Assembly (NCBI GenBank): GCA_021613535.1
Contig: CP075492.1
Span: 4,774,001-4,838,000 of the forward strand
DNA: 64,000 bases
Reading direction: 5' to 3'
DNA from: Adineta vaga
Lineage: Eukaryota; Animalia; Rotifera
A program made the translations under genes and the position numbers. Of this stretch, positions 13,476-28,065 are shown one piece after another. The stretch's first letter is position 1, and the number at the start of each line of letters is the position of its first letter. Below the pieces are notes generated by a model that saw only the letters and a list, made by a program, of their open reading frames with translations, had not been told where the DNA came from and ran no database searches.

Positions 13476-14020
13476 TGATGTGGAAAAAAAACATATTTTG
13501 TTATTTTTCATCAAATCTACTTACGAAAATAAAATGACAATTGTAAATTATTCTAATGTGCTTATTAGACATGTGAAGATATTTTAGTTGTCTTTTGTAG
13601 AAATCTCAAAACAAACAAATTCATAGTAGATTCTATAGTTACTTTTCGAAATATGCGAGTTTGCGTACAATAAACAGAAATAATATTAAATATCGTTATA
13701 GGAAGCAATATATCAACCTACGATACTTGTTTAATTTTAACTTTCAGTCTAAATATTTGATCTTCGTTTTAATTGCATAGGACTACCGTGTTCGACAATG
13801 GATTGTAAAAAGTATTTGGTAGTTACCTGATAAATTCACGCGATCTTTCAATGGCAAACTTTTACTAATCATGAAATAACGTTCGTCTTCATTCGATTGA
13901 TAACCAAACAAACAACAATACTAAGCATATAGATTTCTTTTCTTTCTATGATTTCTCATGGGAAACAACTAACAACAACAAAAAAAAATTATTTTAAACA
14001 TAAAATACGTTGATCATATA

Positions 14021-14636
14021 TTAACAATTTTGCGCCCATTGATGTTGCCATTTGACATAATCACAGAGAATTTTATCTTTTGCACAATTCTTATTAAGAA
14101 TATTATCGATTAATACTTGGGCATTATGAATTGTATATTCATGTGTTTGATTATTGTTCTTTGGTAATCGATGACGAAAGGAAGCCGTAGAAAGACGAGG
14201 TAGAATATTTGCAATACGTTTCGAAGAATAAACATCTGTCAAGTGCGTAATCAATGTATCTTCATAAGTTTTAACCATCGCTTTTTGTCCGACAGGTGTT
14301 AATGTCGATGAAAAGTGATATGATGATTTCATATTAGTTTTATCTTCGATAGGATAAGATTGACGAAGAATCGATTTCGGTATTGTTGCTTCTTGTCGAC
14401 GTGTACGATCGATTAACTACATAAAATAAAATGTACGAAGTAAAAAAAGAGAAGTGTTTTTTTCCTTTTAATACTTTAAGAGCTTGAAGATAATCTGTAT
14501 CGAGTTGTTTAGATTTTTGAATTGGTGGTAAGACAACTTGTCGTTTAAGGCTGTGTCCATTCATAAATGTCATTGATCTTTCAATTACAGGCATTGGTGT
14601 AATCTTCTTTACGCGTTGTGCGTTATCTCGATTCAT
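14021..14636 (-). CDS. Hypothetical protein, 2 exons
   Basis: ATG 14636 (MNRDNAQ); GT-AG intron 14417-14474 joins in frame to ORF 14021-14332. No family recognised. Confidence 0.5.
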
Positions 14637-15165
14637 TGATTGTATTTTATGAGAAGAAATGAAAGAGAGAGAGAGAGAGAGAAACTCGTTTGAAGTAGTT
14701 AATTCATCAATCGAGAATAATAAAAACAAAAAGAGTGAGAGAAAAAACAAATCGATTTTGAAGAAAGTAAAAGAAAATCAGTTTTTATGTTATGTTAGTT
14801 CGAGAAAAAAAAGAAAAGAATTTGATTTAAAATTACCATCATTGTAACTGTAATTCTTTTTCTTCTTCTTTTTCTTCTAATTCAACATTCTTTCCGTTAA
14901 GTAGATGAGAAAGCAGAACGATGTTGTTGTGTCGTCAAACGCGCTTCTTCGTCGATCAAAAAATCGAAAGAGATATTGATTTGAACATAGATGACGCTAG
15001 TAGTGTTTAGTAATGGAGGTTAATTCAATGTCTATGATTGGATTGTACACGATGAAGAGAAAAAAAAAGAATGAGTCGGTCGATCATCAATTGTATTGAA
15101 TATGATACGGTTGATTTCATTTGTAAAGAGATCTGATTTATTTTAAATAGAATTTCGAATTTAAA

Positions 15166-18100
15166 ATGGAACGTCAATCGACCACATTTATTCTTATGAA
15201 GATACTTCGAGATCTGAATTATAATACCAACGTTGAAGTCTGTCATTTTTGTTTTATCTCTTTGTTTTTTCTTGATATTTTATTATCTTTTATCAGGCTC
15301 GACAACAACAACGTCGTTTTGTTGAAGAACGTTTTCAACGTTCGAATACCAATATCGAACGCTCTATAAAATCATCAACATCAGATCTGACCGAATTAAT
15401 TACAAATTATTCGGATATTTATACTTCAATTGAACAATCAAAACTTCGTGTTGAAAATGTACGTGAACGTTTACGTGAATGTAAAAATTTATTACTATTA
15501 AAACGTCAAGATATACGTAAATTATGGGTATTATCATCTGAACTAAATGCCCTTGTTCGAATTTATCATAATTTAGATGAATTAAAATCTGTTCCATCAC
15601 GTTTACAATTCTATCTAAATAAACATTTATATCTTCATGCATCACTTCTTCTCATTAAAGCACGAGAATATCCTGAATTACGTTTAATCAATGGTTTAGT
15701 AGATCTTGATATTCGTATTAAAGAAGAACGTGTTTCATTAGAAGATCAATTACGTTTTGAATTAATCGATCAATTATTCGATAAACCATGTCGTGATATT
15801 CTTGGAAGTAAAACATTATCATCATCGACAACAACAACAACAACAACTAAAACCGATCAAAATACTTTATCACGTTTAAGAGAAAATCGTTTATTACGAA
15901 AACAACTCGATCAAGAATTTGAAGAAGGAAAATTAACTCTCGAATCTCATTCATTAGCAATCATACCTGATAAATATATGTTAGTCGATATTCGTCATCA
16001 AGCACCGGAAATCTATCTCGATGTTTTATTACAATCTTTATCAGTTCTTTCAAATTTAAATGAAACACTTGAATTCATACAAAAACAATTACCCGAACAA
16101 TTCTATCGTTGTGTACTACGAGCTACACAACATATTATTGATAATAATTACATGTTAACCAATCAAAATTCACCAGTGAATAATCCTGATTGTTTAAGAG
16201 ATTTATTAGAAACTTGTTATGAACAATTTAAACTTGTTATTAAAACGATTGAACATTTATTATCAATGTTAAAACAAATTCAACAACATGAATCACCTGT
16301 ACAGATTCAACAGAAAGAATATTTCAAACGTGGTTAGTCTTTTTGTTGATTTCAATAGAATTATTTTACATGAATCCTCCCTTCTTCTTAGATCAGTCTT
16401 CATCAATACCGAATGAAATACACTTTGAAATTCCATTTATTTTTTCAATCGAACTCGTTTGGGAAACTCTTCAACAAGTTTTAAGTGATGTTTTAAATGA
16501 ATATATCGATTATCATAACACCATGAATACATTAACATCGAATTCGTCTTTATCATCGCTATCAACTGATTATGCTGATCGTCCATTACATATTGATTTT
16601 TCACACTATTTAACCAAAAGAGCACCACCACGTTCTCTACAAATTCCACGTATATTCAGTTTCTCACAATCTGCACAATTTAATTCAATGATTTCATTTT
16701 TACAAGAACAAAATCATTTTGTTGTTAAACAAGAAAATTCAACAACAAAAACATCTTCCATTGCATATAAACAATATGTTTGCAAACCAAATTATCGAAA
16801 TGTTACAGTTGTACATGATGTTCTTCAAAGAATTATTGAAGATATCGATATGAATTATAAATTACATCCATCAAAACGTATTCTTGATCGGTTAGTATGA
16901 ATTTTCTTCTAAACAAAAGACTTATGTTTTGTTTTTCTTTTAGAAAATTAACGGATTTTATTCGTGACTGTTTCATTGGTCGTGTTATTAAAGATATTCG
17001 TGAATCAGCTCAATTATTTTCAACAATTCCTGAACAAAATCGTCATATCGAATTAATTCCTTTAGTTTTACAAAAACAACTTCAATTATCTATGCCAATT
17101 CTTCAATCATCTTATTTAATATTCAAATCATGTGAAGAATTATGTGCATTAGTTAAATGTCTTCCAACATATGCCGATGATTTCTGTCAAGCAATTGCTG
17201 ATTTATTATTTAAACATCGTGAAGCATGTAATAAATTATTTCTTTCCATTGTTGAAAAATCTGATTCATCAGGTTTATCAATTTATTCGAATGAATGGGT
17301 TAAAGATCCGGATATTAATCGTCATTTACGTACCATGCCTGCATTTGATACATTTATTCGCGCAACAAAACAACAGCAACAACAATATAAAAATGATGAA
17401 GAAAATGAAAATGTCGAAAATATACGTTTTCGACAAACAAAAGAAACTGAAACATTATTGATTAATTTCAGTCAAAATGAAATGAATCCAGATGATATTT
17501 GTATGAATTATAAACATCTGATGGAATTAGCAACCATTCATGAAAGTTTAGATTGGTTATATAATAATTTATTGCAATATTTCGATATTTTGGATAAATG
17601 CTTAACTGATCCAAGATATTTAGATGCGCTCATACAAACAACAGGTAAAGAATAGAACATTTTCAATCGTGCTCTCACTATCTTATGTTTATTTTAGTAA
17701 CATCTACTTTTTCAACACGATCAATCAAACAGAATCTTTCGCAATACGATCAGTTGAAACTTTCACGTGTTAATTTAGAAATGTTATCAAATGCAATGAA
17801 GACAATACTAACATTATCTTACGATATTTTACTTGTTTTATTTCTTGAAATACGTCTACATTGTTTTTATCATTTGTCATTATTACTTCGTAATTCATCA
17901 ATCTATTCCTTTACGATTGATACGGATCCTGATGAAAATATCATGGCATTAAATCGTGATTTAGCACGTTTACAAGAAACATTAAATTCATCATTGAATG
18001 AAAAGAAATTTTCTTTTCTTTTTCAAGGTCTTGGCTTTGTTTTAGCAACAATTTTAATTCGTTCAGCATCGCGTTTTCATCGTATTAGTGAATCTGGTAT

Positions 18101-18398
18101 AACGAAAATGTGTCGAAATATTTTTACTATTGAACAAACATTAACACAAATTCGAACCGTTGGTGATGCCGAATTAATGCGTGCACATCGATATTATGAA
18201 TTGTTGTATGCAACAAAACCCGAAGAAATTCTCAATATTATTGAAGAACATGGAGCGGAATATAGTGAAAAGGATTATATAAATTTATTACAATTACAAC
18301 ATCGAAGTTTTTCCAATGATCGAGGAAATTTCGATTTGAATAAATATGAAGAATTAATTCGTAATATCTTACGTCCACAATCGAAAAGCAGTAAATAG
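15166..18398 (+). CDS. EXOC4: Exocyst complex component 4 (Sec8), multi-exon
   Basis: N-terminal coiled region (RVRERLRECKNLLLLKRQDIRKLW); WVKDPDINRHLR; LATIHESLDW; LLVLFLEIRLHCFYHL; SGITKMCRNIFTIEQTL. Short introns separate the listed ORFs. Confidence 0.9.
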
Positions 18399-18539
18399 AA
18401 ATATTGAACATTCCATTGTGATTTTTTTTGTTTTTTGTGAACTTTTATTCATTTATAATTAATCTTCAATTTATATTTCAATAATTAACGCAATAATTAT
18501 TTCAATGGCCTTTGCATTTATTTTTCTAGATTTTCAAGA

Positions 18540-18927
18540 ATGGGATTCTCATTGTATAGTCTCATTGAAGCTGCTCTTCTCTGCGTAAATGCTGTAGCAA
18601 TCTTAAACGAACAACGATTTCTTTCGCGAAGTAAATTCTTTTGTCTTTTGATTAGTTAGTTTTTCGAATAAATCACTTGTTTCTATAGTCAGTAGTGGAG
18701 GTAATCAAAATTATCCAGTTGCAGGTGGTTATGGTGTGGATTATCAAAATAATGGTGGCGGTAGTGCTAAACAACAGTTATTAACTTTAATTCGATCTGT
18801 TCGTACTGTAATGAGAGGTAAGGTTCTTTCATTTAGAATAAAATCTTCCTAATCTTGTTGTTTTTATTTAGTTCCGTTGATTGCATTTAATATCGTAACG
18901 ATTATTTTTTTGATTTTATTTGGATAA
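18540..18927 (+). CDS. IER3IP1: Immediate early response 3-interacting protein 1 (Yos1), 3 exons; absent from the ORF track
   Basis: MGFSLYSLIEAALLCVNAVAILNEQRFLSR|...KQQLLTLIRSVRTVMR|VPLIAFNIVTIIFLILFG* is the Yos1 signature. Confidence 0.92.
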
Positions 18928-18986
18928 ACTGTTATTTTTCTTAAAAACATTGTGTGACATCTTTTTTTTCTGCTTTGTTTTAGATC

Positions 18987-19655
18987 ATGTCAGTTATTAC
19001 AGGTGATGCATCATTGAATTTAGAAAAAGATGTCGAACGAGCCATTGTTTTACTTGATCGTCTTCGAACGACAAGTGAAATTCCTGAAGCGAAATTAACA
19101 GAATTACAACGAATTTTGCAAAGTGATTTCTTTCATGCTGTTTTACAAGTTTACGAAAAACTCTATGAAACAGTTGAAATCACTGGTTCACCAGAAGTTC
19201 GAGCCAATGCAACAGCTAAAGCAACGGTAAGTGATAAAGAGAAAACGTGTTTGTTCAATTCAAAGATATTCTTTTGCATTCAGGTTGCAGCATTTGCTGC
19301 TAGTGAAGGTCATTCACATCCTCGCGTAGTTGAATTACCTAAAACAAGTGAAGGTTTAGGATTTAATGTTATGGGTGGACGAGAACAAAATTCTCCAGTT
19401 TATATTTCACGTATCATTCCAAATAGTGTTGCATGGAAACATGGTGGATTGAAAAAAGGTGATCAATTATTATCTGTCAATGGTGTATCGGTTGAAAATG
19501 AATATCATGAAAAAGCTGTGGAATTATTAAAACAAGCAGAAGGAAGTGTCAAATTGGTTGTTCGTTACTCACCACAAGTTTTAATTGAAATGGAAAATCG
19601 TTTTGAAAAACAAAAGGCATCAAAAAAGCCACCAATATCACCTGTCAACAAATAA
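18987..19655 (+). CDS. LIN7: Protein lin-7 homolog (L27 + PDZ)
   Basis: [12 protein letters not shown]; ANATAKAT|[32 protein letters not shown]; in-frame 57-bp intron at 19227-19283. Confidence 0.95.
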   Translation: MSVITGDASLNLEKDVERAIVLLDRLRTTSEIPEAKLTELQRILQSDFFHAVLQVYEKLYETVEITGSPEVRANATAKATVSDKEKTCLFNSKIFFCIQVAAFAASEGHSHPRVVELPKTSEGLGFNVMGGREQNSPVYISRIIPNSVAWKHGGLKKGDQLLSVNGVSVENEYHEKAVELLKQAEGSVKLVVRYSPQVLIEMENRFEKQKASKKPPISPVNK

Positions 19656-20135
19656 ATTGCTGAATACATTCGGCTATTTCAGATTTGTTTTCTTTTTTTT
19701 TTCGTGTACATACATATTAATCACTTTGTAATATTACTTTGTAGTGTGAATGGTAGTTTATTATTTTCCCTATCATGTCTTGACAATCTCTATCTCTTAT
19801 ATATCGATATCTCATGTTAGAATGTAATCTTTTTTGAATAAATTTCTTTATGTATTCCGGAATTTGCCGATTAATGATTGATTTATCACTGCCGTCAAGT
19901 ATTATATATATAAATAGGCTTTGATCATTTCTTCGTGATATTACAGTAGATGATGAGTTTTTAGAGACCGATCTAAAATTCTGGCCCTATCATATAAATA
20001 AGTTTGAAAATGATCTAAAAACCAATGACTCATTCACTTTTCTACAGATTAATAACAATTTATCCTCCGAATCGGCAATTTGTTTTTCTTATTTTGTTTG
20101 ATTAGTCCTTTTCCTTTTATCTGTCGAATTCTTAT

Positions 20136-20380
20136 GTGATTCAATTAAATAAAACTAGTCAACATCTTCGATTTGATGTGAAGGGTGGACTTGAACATTA
20201 TAGGTCCGTTTTTATCTCACGTATAATTCCCGAAAGTGACGCTTGGAAACATGGTCAATTAAAAGAAGGCGATCAACTATTATCTGTGAACAGAATATCT
20301 CTGGAAAATAAAATTCATGTTCAAACGATTGAATTACTAAGTAACATTTGAGGAAATGTGATATTATAGTTGTACGACAT
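20136..20380 (+). pseudogene. Decayed partial duplicate of the LIN7 PDZ exon
   Basis: [27 protein letters not shown] vs [27 protein letters not shown]; GLGF loop lost; stop at 20349-20351; no L27 part. Confidence 0.75.
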
Positions 20381-20735
20381 CGATCAAAAACTATTTGAAG
20401 AATGACAGAGGTCGCTGGTTGACAATGTAGACGTGTATAAATCTCAACATAATTACCATGGAAAAATTCAAAAAATCTGAATGGAAAAAGAATGCCGAAT
20501 AGTCATTCGTAAAAAATCTTCTTTCTCATTATTGATTTAAATAAACTATTTTGTACACACGATACTGAATGGATATTGGATAAGATCAAACTATCGAATA
20601 GAATATCGAAAGAAAGGAAAAAAGATGTGAGATAAATGTAACCATGACTTTTTCTTTTTCTTCTTCTTCTTCCGTTCTATTTTGGGAAGATTCTTATTAG
20701 TAATCGGACTGATTTCAGATAGTATTTATTTCGAA

Positions 20736-22638
20736 ATGGCATCAACAATCGAACCTGAAGGAAATGCAGAGAACTTGTCAGATGAAAATCAACTAGCAAT
20801 TGATCAACAGTTGACACAAGAAAATGATAAAGATGAGTCTTCAACAACAGCAACATCATCAACTCGAACGTCTGGACAAACAGCAATTGGTGCTAAACTT
20901 GTAAAGAAATTAGAAACCTTTGGTATGTATAATTTCTCAATCTATTAATTCATTTCGTAAGTTAACACTTTTTCTAGCTGCAAATTCAAAAGAAAATAAA
21001 CAAACGAATGGTAAAACATCATCATCAACTGCTGCTGCTAATGTTTCGAATTCAAATAATGAATCGGATTTCCGTCGAAATATCAATAAAACTGCTAGTA
21101 TGTGTTCGATGAAATAATCTCTTTGTTGTAGTGATTTCCGTCTTTTCTTCCCCTAGAAAATCTCGTGAAAACTCTAACTGATTCAGATCCTCAAAAGAAT
21201 CTTTTGACGTTAGCAACAAAATTAGCTGAATTTCAAGAACAAAATCGTTCGATTCAGAGTAAAATTCATGAATTAGAAAAGAAATCCGTTGTATTTATGC
21301 GTGAAAGAGATCAAGCATTACTTGAAAATGGAAGAATATCAGCTTCAAAAGGTAAATTAGAAAGTCTTTGTCGAGAACTTCATCAACATAATCAACAAAT
21401 TCGAGTATGTCAACTTTTTAGACATTGAAAATGTTTGTTTTCAACATAGAATCTTATTTTCAGGAAGAAAATATTCAACGACAACAAGAAGATGAAACTA
21501 AACGTCGTGAATTAGCAACAAAATTTCAAGTAACGCGATTCATTTATTTCATTCGTTTATCATTGATGAGAATGTTTTAGACAACCATTGATGAAATTGC
21601 ATCGCAATTATCAAATTATAGCGAGAAATCGACATCGTTACGTGATCAAAATGCTCAATTATCTGAACAATTAGGATCGGTTGTTAAAGATTATGAACTA
21701 CGTGAAAAAGTAAACTTAACGTTCTTATACCTTTACCTTTCGAAATATTATCTTCATCTAGGAAATCGAAGCAACATTGAAGAAAAAAGAATTAGAATTA
21801 CGTTTAAGTGAAACAACTCTCGAACAAAGTCGTGTTTTACTCACTGAACGAACCGATTTGATTAAACAGGAACGACAAGTCGTATGTGACGAACCTTCGT
21901 TTTCGTATATTGTACTTTTTTTCTCGATTTCATTCTAGAGTGAAGCCGAACAATTGCTACTCTATAGAAAATGTCAAGAATTAGCTGCATCAGAATTAAG
22001 TCTTCGTTCACAATTGACTGTTTATGCCGAACGTTATCAAGAATTTGAAAATGCAATTCAACAAAGTAGTCAAATGGTCACGTCATGTCATACGGAAATT
22101 GAAAAGATGGGAAAGAAAATTAAAAAATTAGAAAAAGAACGAAATGAATTTCGTCAACGATGGGAAACAGCAGAAACTAATCAACGAAAAACTAATGAAG
22201 ATGTATGACCAGAGAAAAGATCATTTGATTGAAGAGAAAACTTTGTCTTTCGTAATTTTAGATGAAAGTATTGGAAAAAGAAAAACGACAAGCAGATATT
22301 AAACTTGATAAACTTGATCGATTATGTCGTGCATTACAACAAGAACGATTAGATTTACAAACAACAATTAAAAGTTTAACAAAATCATCAACAAAAGATG
22401 AACCATCCACTCTTTCTAATGGTATTTCGTTTTCATTGTAAAATCTTTCTTAAAAATCTTCTTTTAGTTACTTCATCAATTGAAATCGAAAAAACTGTCA
22501 TTGCTGATGTTCCAAATCCTTCCGAAACATCACCTAATCTCTATGGTTAGGATTCTTTTCTCGTATTGTTCTATATAAAGAATATATTTCTTTCATTTAG
22601 ATAGTGAATTGGGTCGCATTGCTAAAACAGTTGATTAA
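20736..22638 (+). CDS. Taxilin family coiled-coil protein, about 10 exons
   Basis: KGKLESLCRELHQHN; LRSQLTVYAERYQEFE; EIEKMGKKIKKLEKE; KLDRLCRALQQER. Confidence 0.88.
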
Positions 22639-22947
22639 TTTTGTTCTTTCTTTCTTTCTTTTCTCTTTGTTGAAATGATGTTAGTCCCAACATTGGTTCT
22701 TTTCTTTTATCTATTCAATTTAGTGCTGTGTTTTTTTTCTACCAATGTATAACTCTGTTTTCTTTTGTATTTACGTAGTTGTGATACGTTTTCACACTCG
22801 TCTTTCTATACAAATAATAAAGAAGAGCAAGAACAAACATATTGTTATTGGCGGGAATAAATCCATGTAAAAAAAAAGTTTCTCCTCCTGACAACTACTT
22901 CTAAAAGTAAAAAATATCAATACTAAAGATAATGAATATTGTTCATA

Positions 22948-24802
22948 TTAATGTTTTTGTACTATTGAATACATTTTTGGACATTTTTGTCGTAACTCTT
23001 CAATACCTTGACAAATGCCTTCTCGATGTTCTTTACATTTAATGCCATATTCTAAAAGAATTCTATCATCGATCATATTAAGTAACCAATATCCATCAAC
23101 GCCCTTTATTTTAAATACTTCTACGTATGATATATAATCATCACCCAAACTTTTTAACCATTTAGCTACATCATCGGTAGAGCTCACTGTTTTATGCTTA
23201 TAAATACCTAGAAGAAGAAAAAGTCTGTATGATGTTCGTTCTATGTATTGTCATTGAATACTTACGTTGTGGTTGAGACTCCAACTGTTTGATTTCGACT
23301 GATTTCACACGGTATAATTGAGATGAGTCTTCTAAAATAGGAGGTTTCGCAATCGAACCAGTTTCAACAAATGAACTGCCTCGTGATCGAGTGCCTAGAT
23401 CAGTCGGAATGGAGTTTGGATCGTTGCTAACAGAAGAGCGGCGCCGTGTTCTTGCATCATCATCGGGTGCATTTAACGATGGTGTTGTCGCTGGTGCTAA
23501 TTTGTTTGGTGACCATCTTTCGCCTTCGTATGTAATCCATTTACTCAAACATTCAATAAATTTACTCGCATAAACTTGTTCCACCCACTTTTCTGGAAGT
23601 TTTTTATAACCATAATACGCTCCTGCTAGTTGACCATAGATAGCTGCTGTTGTATCTGTATCATCACCTAGATTGATTGCTGCGAGAACACCTTTCTCAA
23701 AAGAGTCTTCATCAGACCAGAATGCCCACAATGCAGCTTCGAGAGCAGCAACAATATAGCCTTTTCCACGAATACCTGCTTCATAACCTTTTTCTTTTTT
23801 ATATGATCCACGTGCAATTGCTTCGATATCAGCATGTAAAGGTTTTGATCCAAACCAAGGCTTATGTTTTTCATAGAAATCTTCTGAAAGTAAATCTTCT
23901 CTTTTCGCACCGTTGACAGCTGCTACGATCAACGCACCATAATAACGACAGGCATCATATGCTTTCATATCACCATGGGTTATTTCTCCACTATGTCCAG
24001 AATATTCAACAGCATACAGAGGCAGTTTGAAAAAGAACAATGGTACTGGAGCAAGTCTCATCAAAGCTCCATTACCAGCAACACCTTCGTCGCTACATTT
24101 GACGTCGAATTGATCGAGAACATCTAGATCGGAGATAAAATCCAATTCATCCGAAGGAATTTGATATTTTGCAGCAAATTTTTTTTGACGTGCTTCGAAT
24201 TCGACAATGGAATGTTTTGTAGCCGAACCAATATCGAAGCATTTTCCTGTGGATGACATATAACCATGTCGAAACCACCATTTATATCGCACCAGTTGAT
24301 CGTAAGGATCATAATCTTTTCGAATTATCAACGAATTAGCAAGACAAAGTGCCATTGAAGTATCATCAGTAAACTAGATTATACATGGAAAATCCTAGAC
24401 CACAACATAACAATTTATACATATTCATACCTGTCCTTTTTTAAGACCCCAAGTACCACCACCTTGTAAGTCAGTTACTGGATTATTTATCATGAATTCA
24501 TGGGGTCGGAATTCAACATGAGCACCAAGAGCATCACCCAAAGCCATTCCAATCATTGAACCATGAATACGATCAAAAGCTTGAGGATTAAATCTGTTAG
24601 GAGGATCTTTCATTTGTTTTTCTAACTCTTCTGGTTTGATAACCGTTCCGTTATCGTTATGCTGCAGATCAAGCCACGGTTTATCTAAGAAAAAGACACA
24701 TATTCTTTTTCATTCTACAACAAATGATCTGCCTAGATACTACCTGTTTGATACTGATGAGACAAATGCTCGTCTGATGTCGTTCTTGCTTGTTGATGCC
24801 AT
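22948..24802 (-). CDS. ADP-ribosylglycohydrolase (ARH/DraG family) with C-terminal SAM domain, multi-exon
   Basis: GMALGDALGAHVEF; GQ|FTDDTSMALCLA via intron 24374-24430; GNGALMRLAP; LGDDTDTTAAIYGQLAGAYYG. Intron 23208-23265 joins in frame to a SAM domain (DDVAKWLKSLG...GVDGYWLL). Start ATG 24802 is tentative. Confidence 0.88.
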
Positions 24803-25387
24803 TTCTACAACATCAACCAATGAAATGAATAACTTTTGTGTTCAAGGTTTTTCATTTTCTTTTACAAAGAAAAAGGTAGACAACTTATCGATTACTTTTT
24901 AACTCATACTTTTCTTGCTAACTACCGTTGTCTATATCTTCTCAAAGTTTGATTTCATCGATCTGTACTTGGAAAAAAATCGTGAGTTATTTTAAGTAAA
25001 ACTAACTTACCAGAGTGTATTTTTTTGAAAAAAAAAATGAAGACTGTGAGTGGTTTATTTGTCTTTCTCCTTTACTCACCTCTACATGAGAAGACTCTGA
25101 AATATGCTGTCGCATTAAAAGGTAGAGAAAAGAAAACCATAAATAGTCTACACAAGACATTGACGCATGTTTAAAGAACAGAAACAAGATGAAATCATCG
25201 TTCTTTTCTTTAACTATTCCGAGAAAAATTATGTTGACTAGGAACGAGATCCGATGATATTCATCGACATCTCAAGGACATAGATGTCACTCCGTACATA
25301 ATAACTCCAGTACTAGTGATATCGTTGGTAAATTACAACAAAGAATCGTACTTGTAACAACTATCTTCAGTATTCATATCGATCGAA

Positions 25388-27957
25388 ATGCTTCAATCAA
25401 AGAAAACATCTGTTTATCCTACAATACATATTCCATTGTATCGTATTTATCTTTTTGTACATTCAATCTTCTCTATTCTTTGATTTCTAGTGAAACTCTT
25501 TCCTTGAAGAACAATGATGAATCGTTCGTTCTTGATCGTCCAACAATCTGCAATGAATGGCATCGTCTTTGGTCTGCATTTGGTTTCAATGATCATCAAT
25601 GGGTATCACGTGCTGCCAAAGTTGAAGAATATACTCGAGTAAGATTCGATTGAAAATCTTATTCTTTTAATTTTCCTTTCTTCCGATTTAGAAATTATTG
25701 GACGATAAGTTATTAACTTATAAAGAACAATTGAACAAACGAGAACAACTTCTTAAACAATCTCTTGATGATTATGAAGATTTACTTGAACGAACTGGTC
25801 TTGAATCTTCGATTGAAGTAACAAACAATAAATTTATTTGATTTTTGATAATAAAAGACTTTCTTTTCTCTGAGTTTAGACTTTATTATTTGAAGAATTA
25901 AAATTAAAAGAACAAGAAATCTATATCGATAGAAAAATGCATGAATTATTAATTCTTGAAGATCAATTGATTCGACAACGAACGGAACTTGAAAATAAAC
26001 AAAAGTATCTCTGTATATTACTTCATACAACTCCTATTGAATACGATGAAAGTTCGTTCTCCTTCATTCTATTCTTTGAAATGTATCATTGAAATAAAAT
26101 ACTTTAGATCATCCTATGTCACTGATACAAATCAATCAAAAACTTCAAGAACATGTCAAAATGCTCAGTGAATTAAAAGTCTGAAACACATTTCCTAGCT
26201 TTTCGTTTCTTTTTAAAGTTCTTTATATTAGGAATTACGTTTAGCTCAAGTATCAACATATTATATTAAATTAAAAGAATATTCTGAACAATTAGAATGG
26301 ACACCACCATCAGCATCATCAACAGTTGAACATCTTCTCCTACAACAATTTGAAGATTGTTTGACTGCAGATTGTCTAAATGAAATTGAAATGACAATGC
26401 ATGAAGTAAGTTTTGACAAGATATTAAAAAAAAACAAATCTATTGTTTGATATCTCATTTAGTTAGAACATCAAATTGAAATTCAGAAAACTCGTTTCTT
26501 TACATTACATAAACAATTGGAACATCTTTATCAACGTTTAGAAAAAGATCCAAATAAAGATTATTGTCTAGCATATAAGAATGGCAGCGAACATATCAAT
26601 GCATTTGTGATTAAACAAGTATGATCAAGCGAGTTTCGCATGTTTATTTCGAGGAGATTATTTTGTTTTTAGCTTGAACATGAAATAGCATGTTGTCGAG
26701 AACAACGAATGAAAAATGGCAAAGAATATTGTCAATCAATTCGACAACAAATTGCTGATCTATTAGACAAAGTGCATTTAAATATTGAAGAACGAACCAC
26801 TCTTGAAAAACTTGATTTCGGTAAAATATTCCATTGTCTTTCGTTCATTTGTACATTACATTTTCTTCTCAATAGAAACGTTATCACCGGAATTACTTGA
26901 TGCATATGATGCAGAATATGAACGTATGTCTCAACTTTATGAAAAACGTAAACCAGTTCTTGATGCGTATCATAAATGGCTTTCATTCTGGAATGAATTC
27001 GTTGTATTTACGGTAAGTTGATTTTAAATTTCGTCTATGTTTCTTTTTAAAGGATAAAATGATTTAGAAAGCATCGACTGATCCTGGACGTTTTCATATT
27101 CGTGGTTATAATGCTGAGATAGAAACACGCCAACGTAAAAAATTTCATCGTGAATTACCAATTATTGAACAAGAACTTTTAAAGATTCTATCAGAATTCA
27201 ATGACTCACCATTTTTATATGACAATGTACCAATTCGACAAAAATTTGATGAAGCACATCAACAAATATCAGCAACTACAATGCCGATGATTACACCAGG
27301 AAGAACACCGGCTACATCACGTTTGCTAGGTCTTACACCAGTTCGAACACAAACACCAGTCACTACTGTATGTTGGCTTTCATTTTTGATCGTTGAGAAT
27401 TGATAATATTCGATTTGGTTTTATATAGCCTCGTCGAGTAGCTATCAAGGAACCGTTTGTACTTGGTACAGCAATAACAAGTACAGCACGGCGTGCAGTA
27501 AAAACACCAGCAACAAATGTAGCTAGAAGATTATTACACAAAGTTACCAGTCACACAGAAACCCCACCAATTCGAGCAAAACCACGACCTCCACCACCAC
27601 CACCACCACTTGCAGGAACATCACCCCCTCATTCTACTGTCAAATTACCTGTTCATGTTCCAGCCTGTACAGATGATCAATCATTGGACTTTTCACTTCT
27701 GCATACAATGAAAAATATCTATGGTCAAACTAAAGTAATGACATCCACTCCTAATTCTTCATTTTTGCCAATGGAAAATCATCATGGTAAAACAGCTCAT
27801 AATCCAATAGGTGAACGTAGGTCTAAGAGACGATCAAAACGAACACCTCTTCCATTACTTGTAAGTTTTATATGTTTAAATTTATTTGTCTATGACAAAG
27901 TAATTTCATTCTTAGATGATTCAAGATACAAATGATGAAACAATCGTATGCCTATAA
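25388..27957 (+). CDS. PRC1: PRC1/MAP65/Ase1-family microtubule bundler, many exons
   Basis: EWHRLWSAFGF at the N-terminus; KASTDPGRFHIRGYNAEIETRQRKKFHRELPIIEQEL resembles the conserved PRC1 DPxRFxxRG motif; TP/Pro-rich basic tail. Divergent, so could be a paralog. Confidence 0.7.
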
Positions 27958-28065
27958 TTCGATTATAACTACTTTTCTCGATTTTATTTTACCTTGTGTA
28001 TTTATTTGAAATAGTAGTACAAAGAGATATTTCTTTTATGTTCAATAAACATGTAATATTATGAT

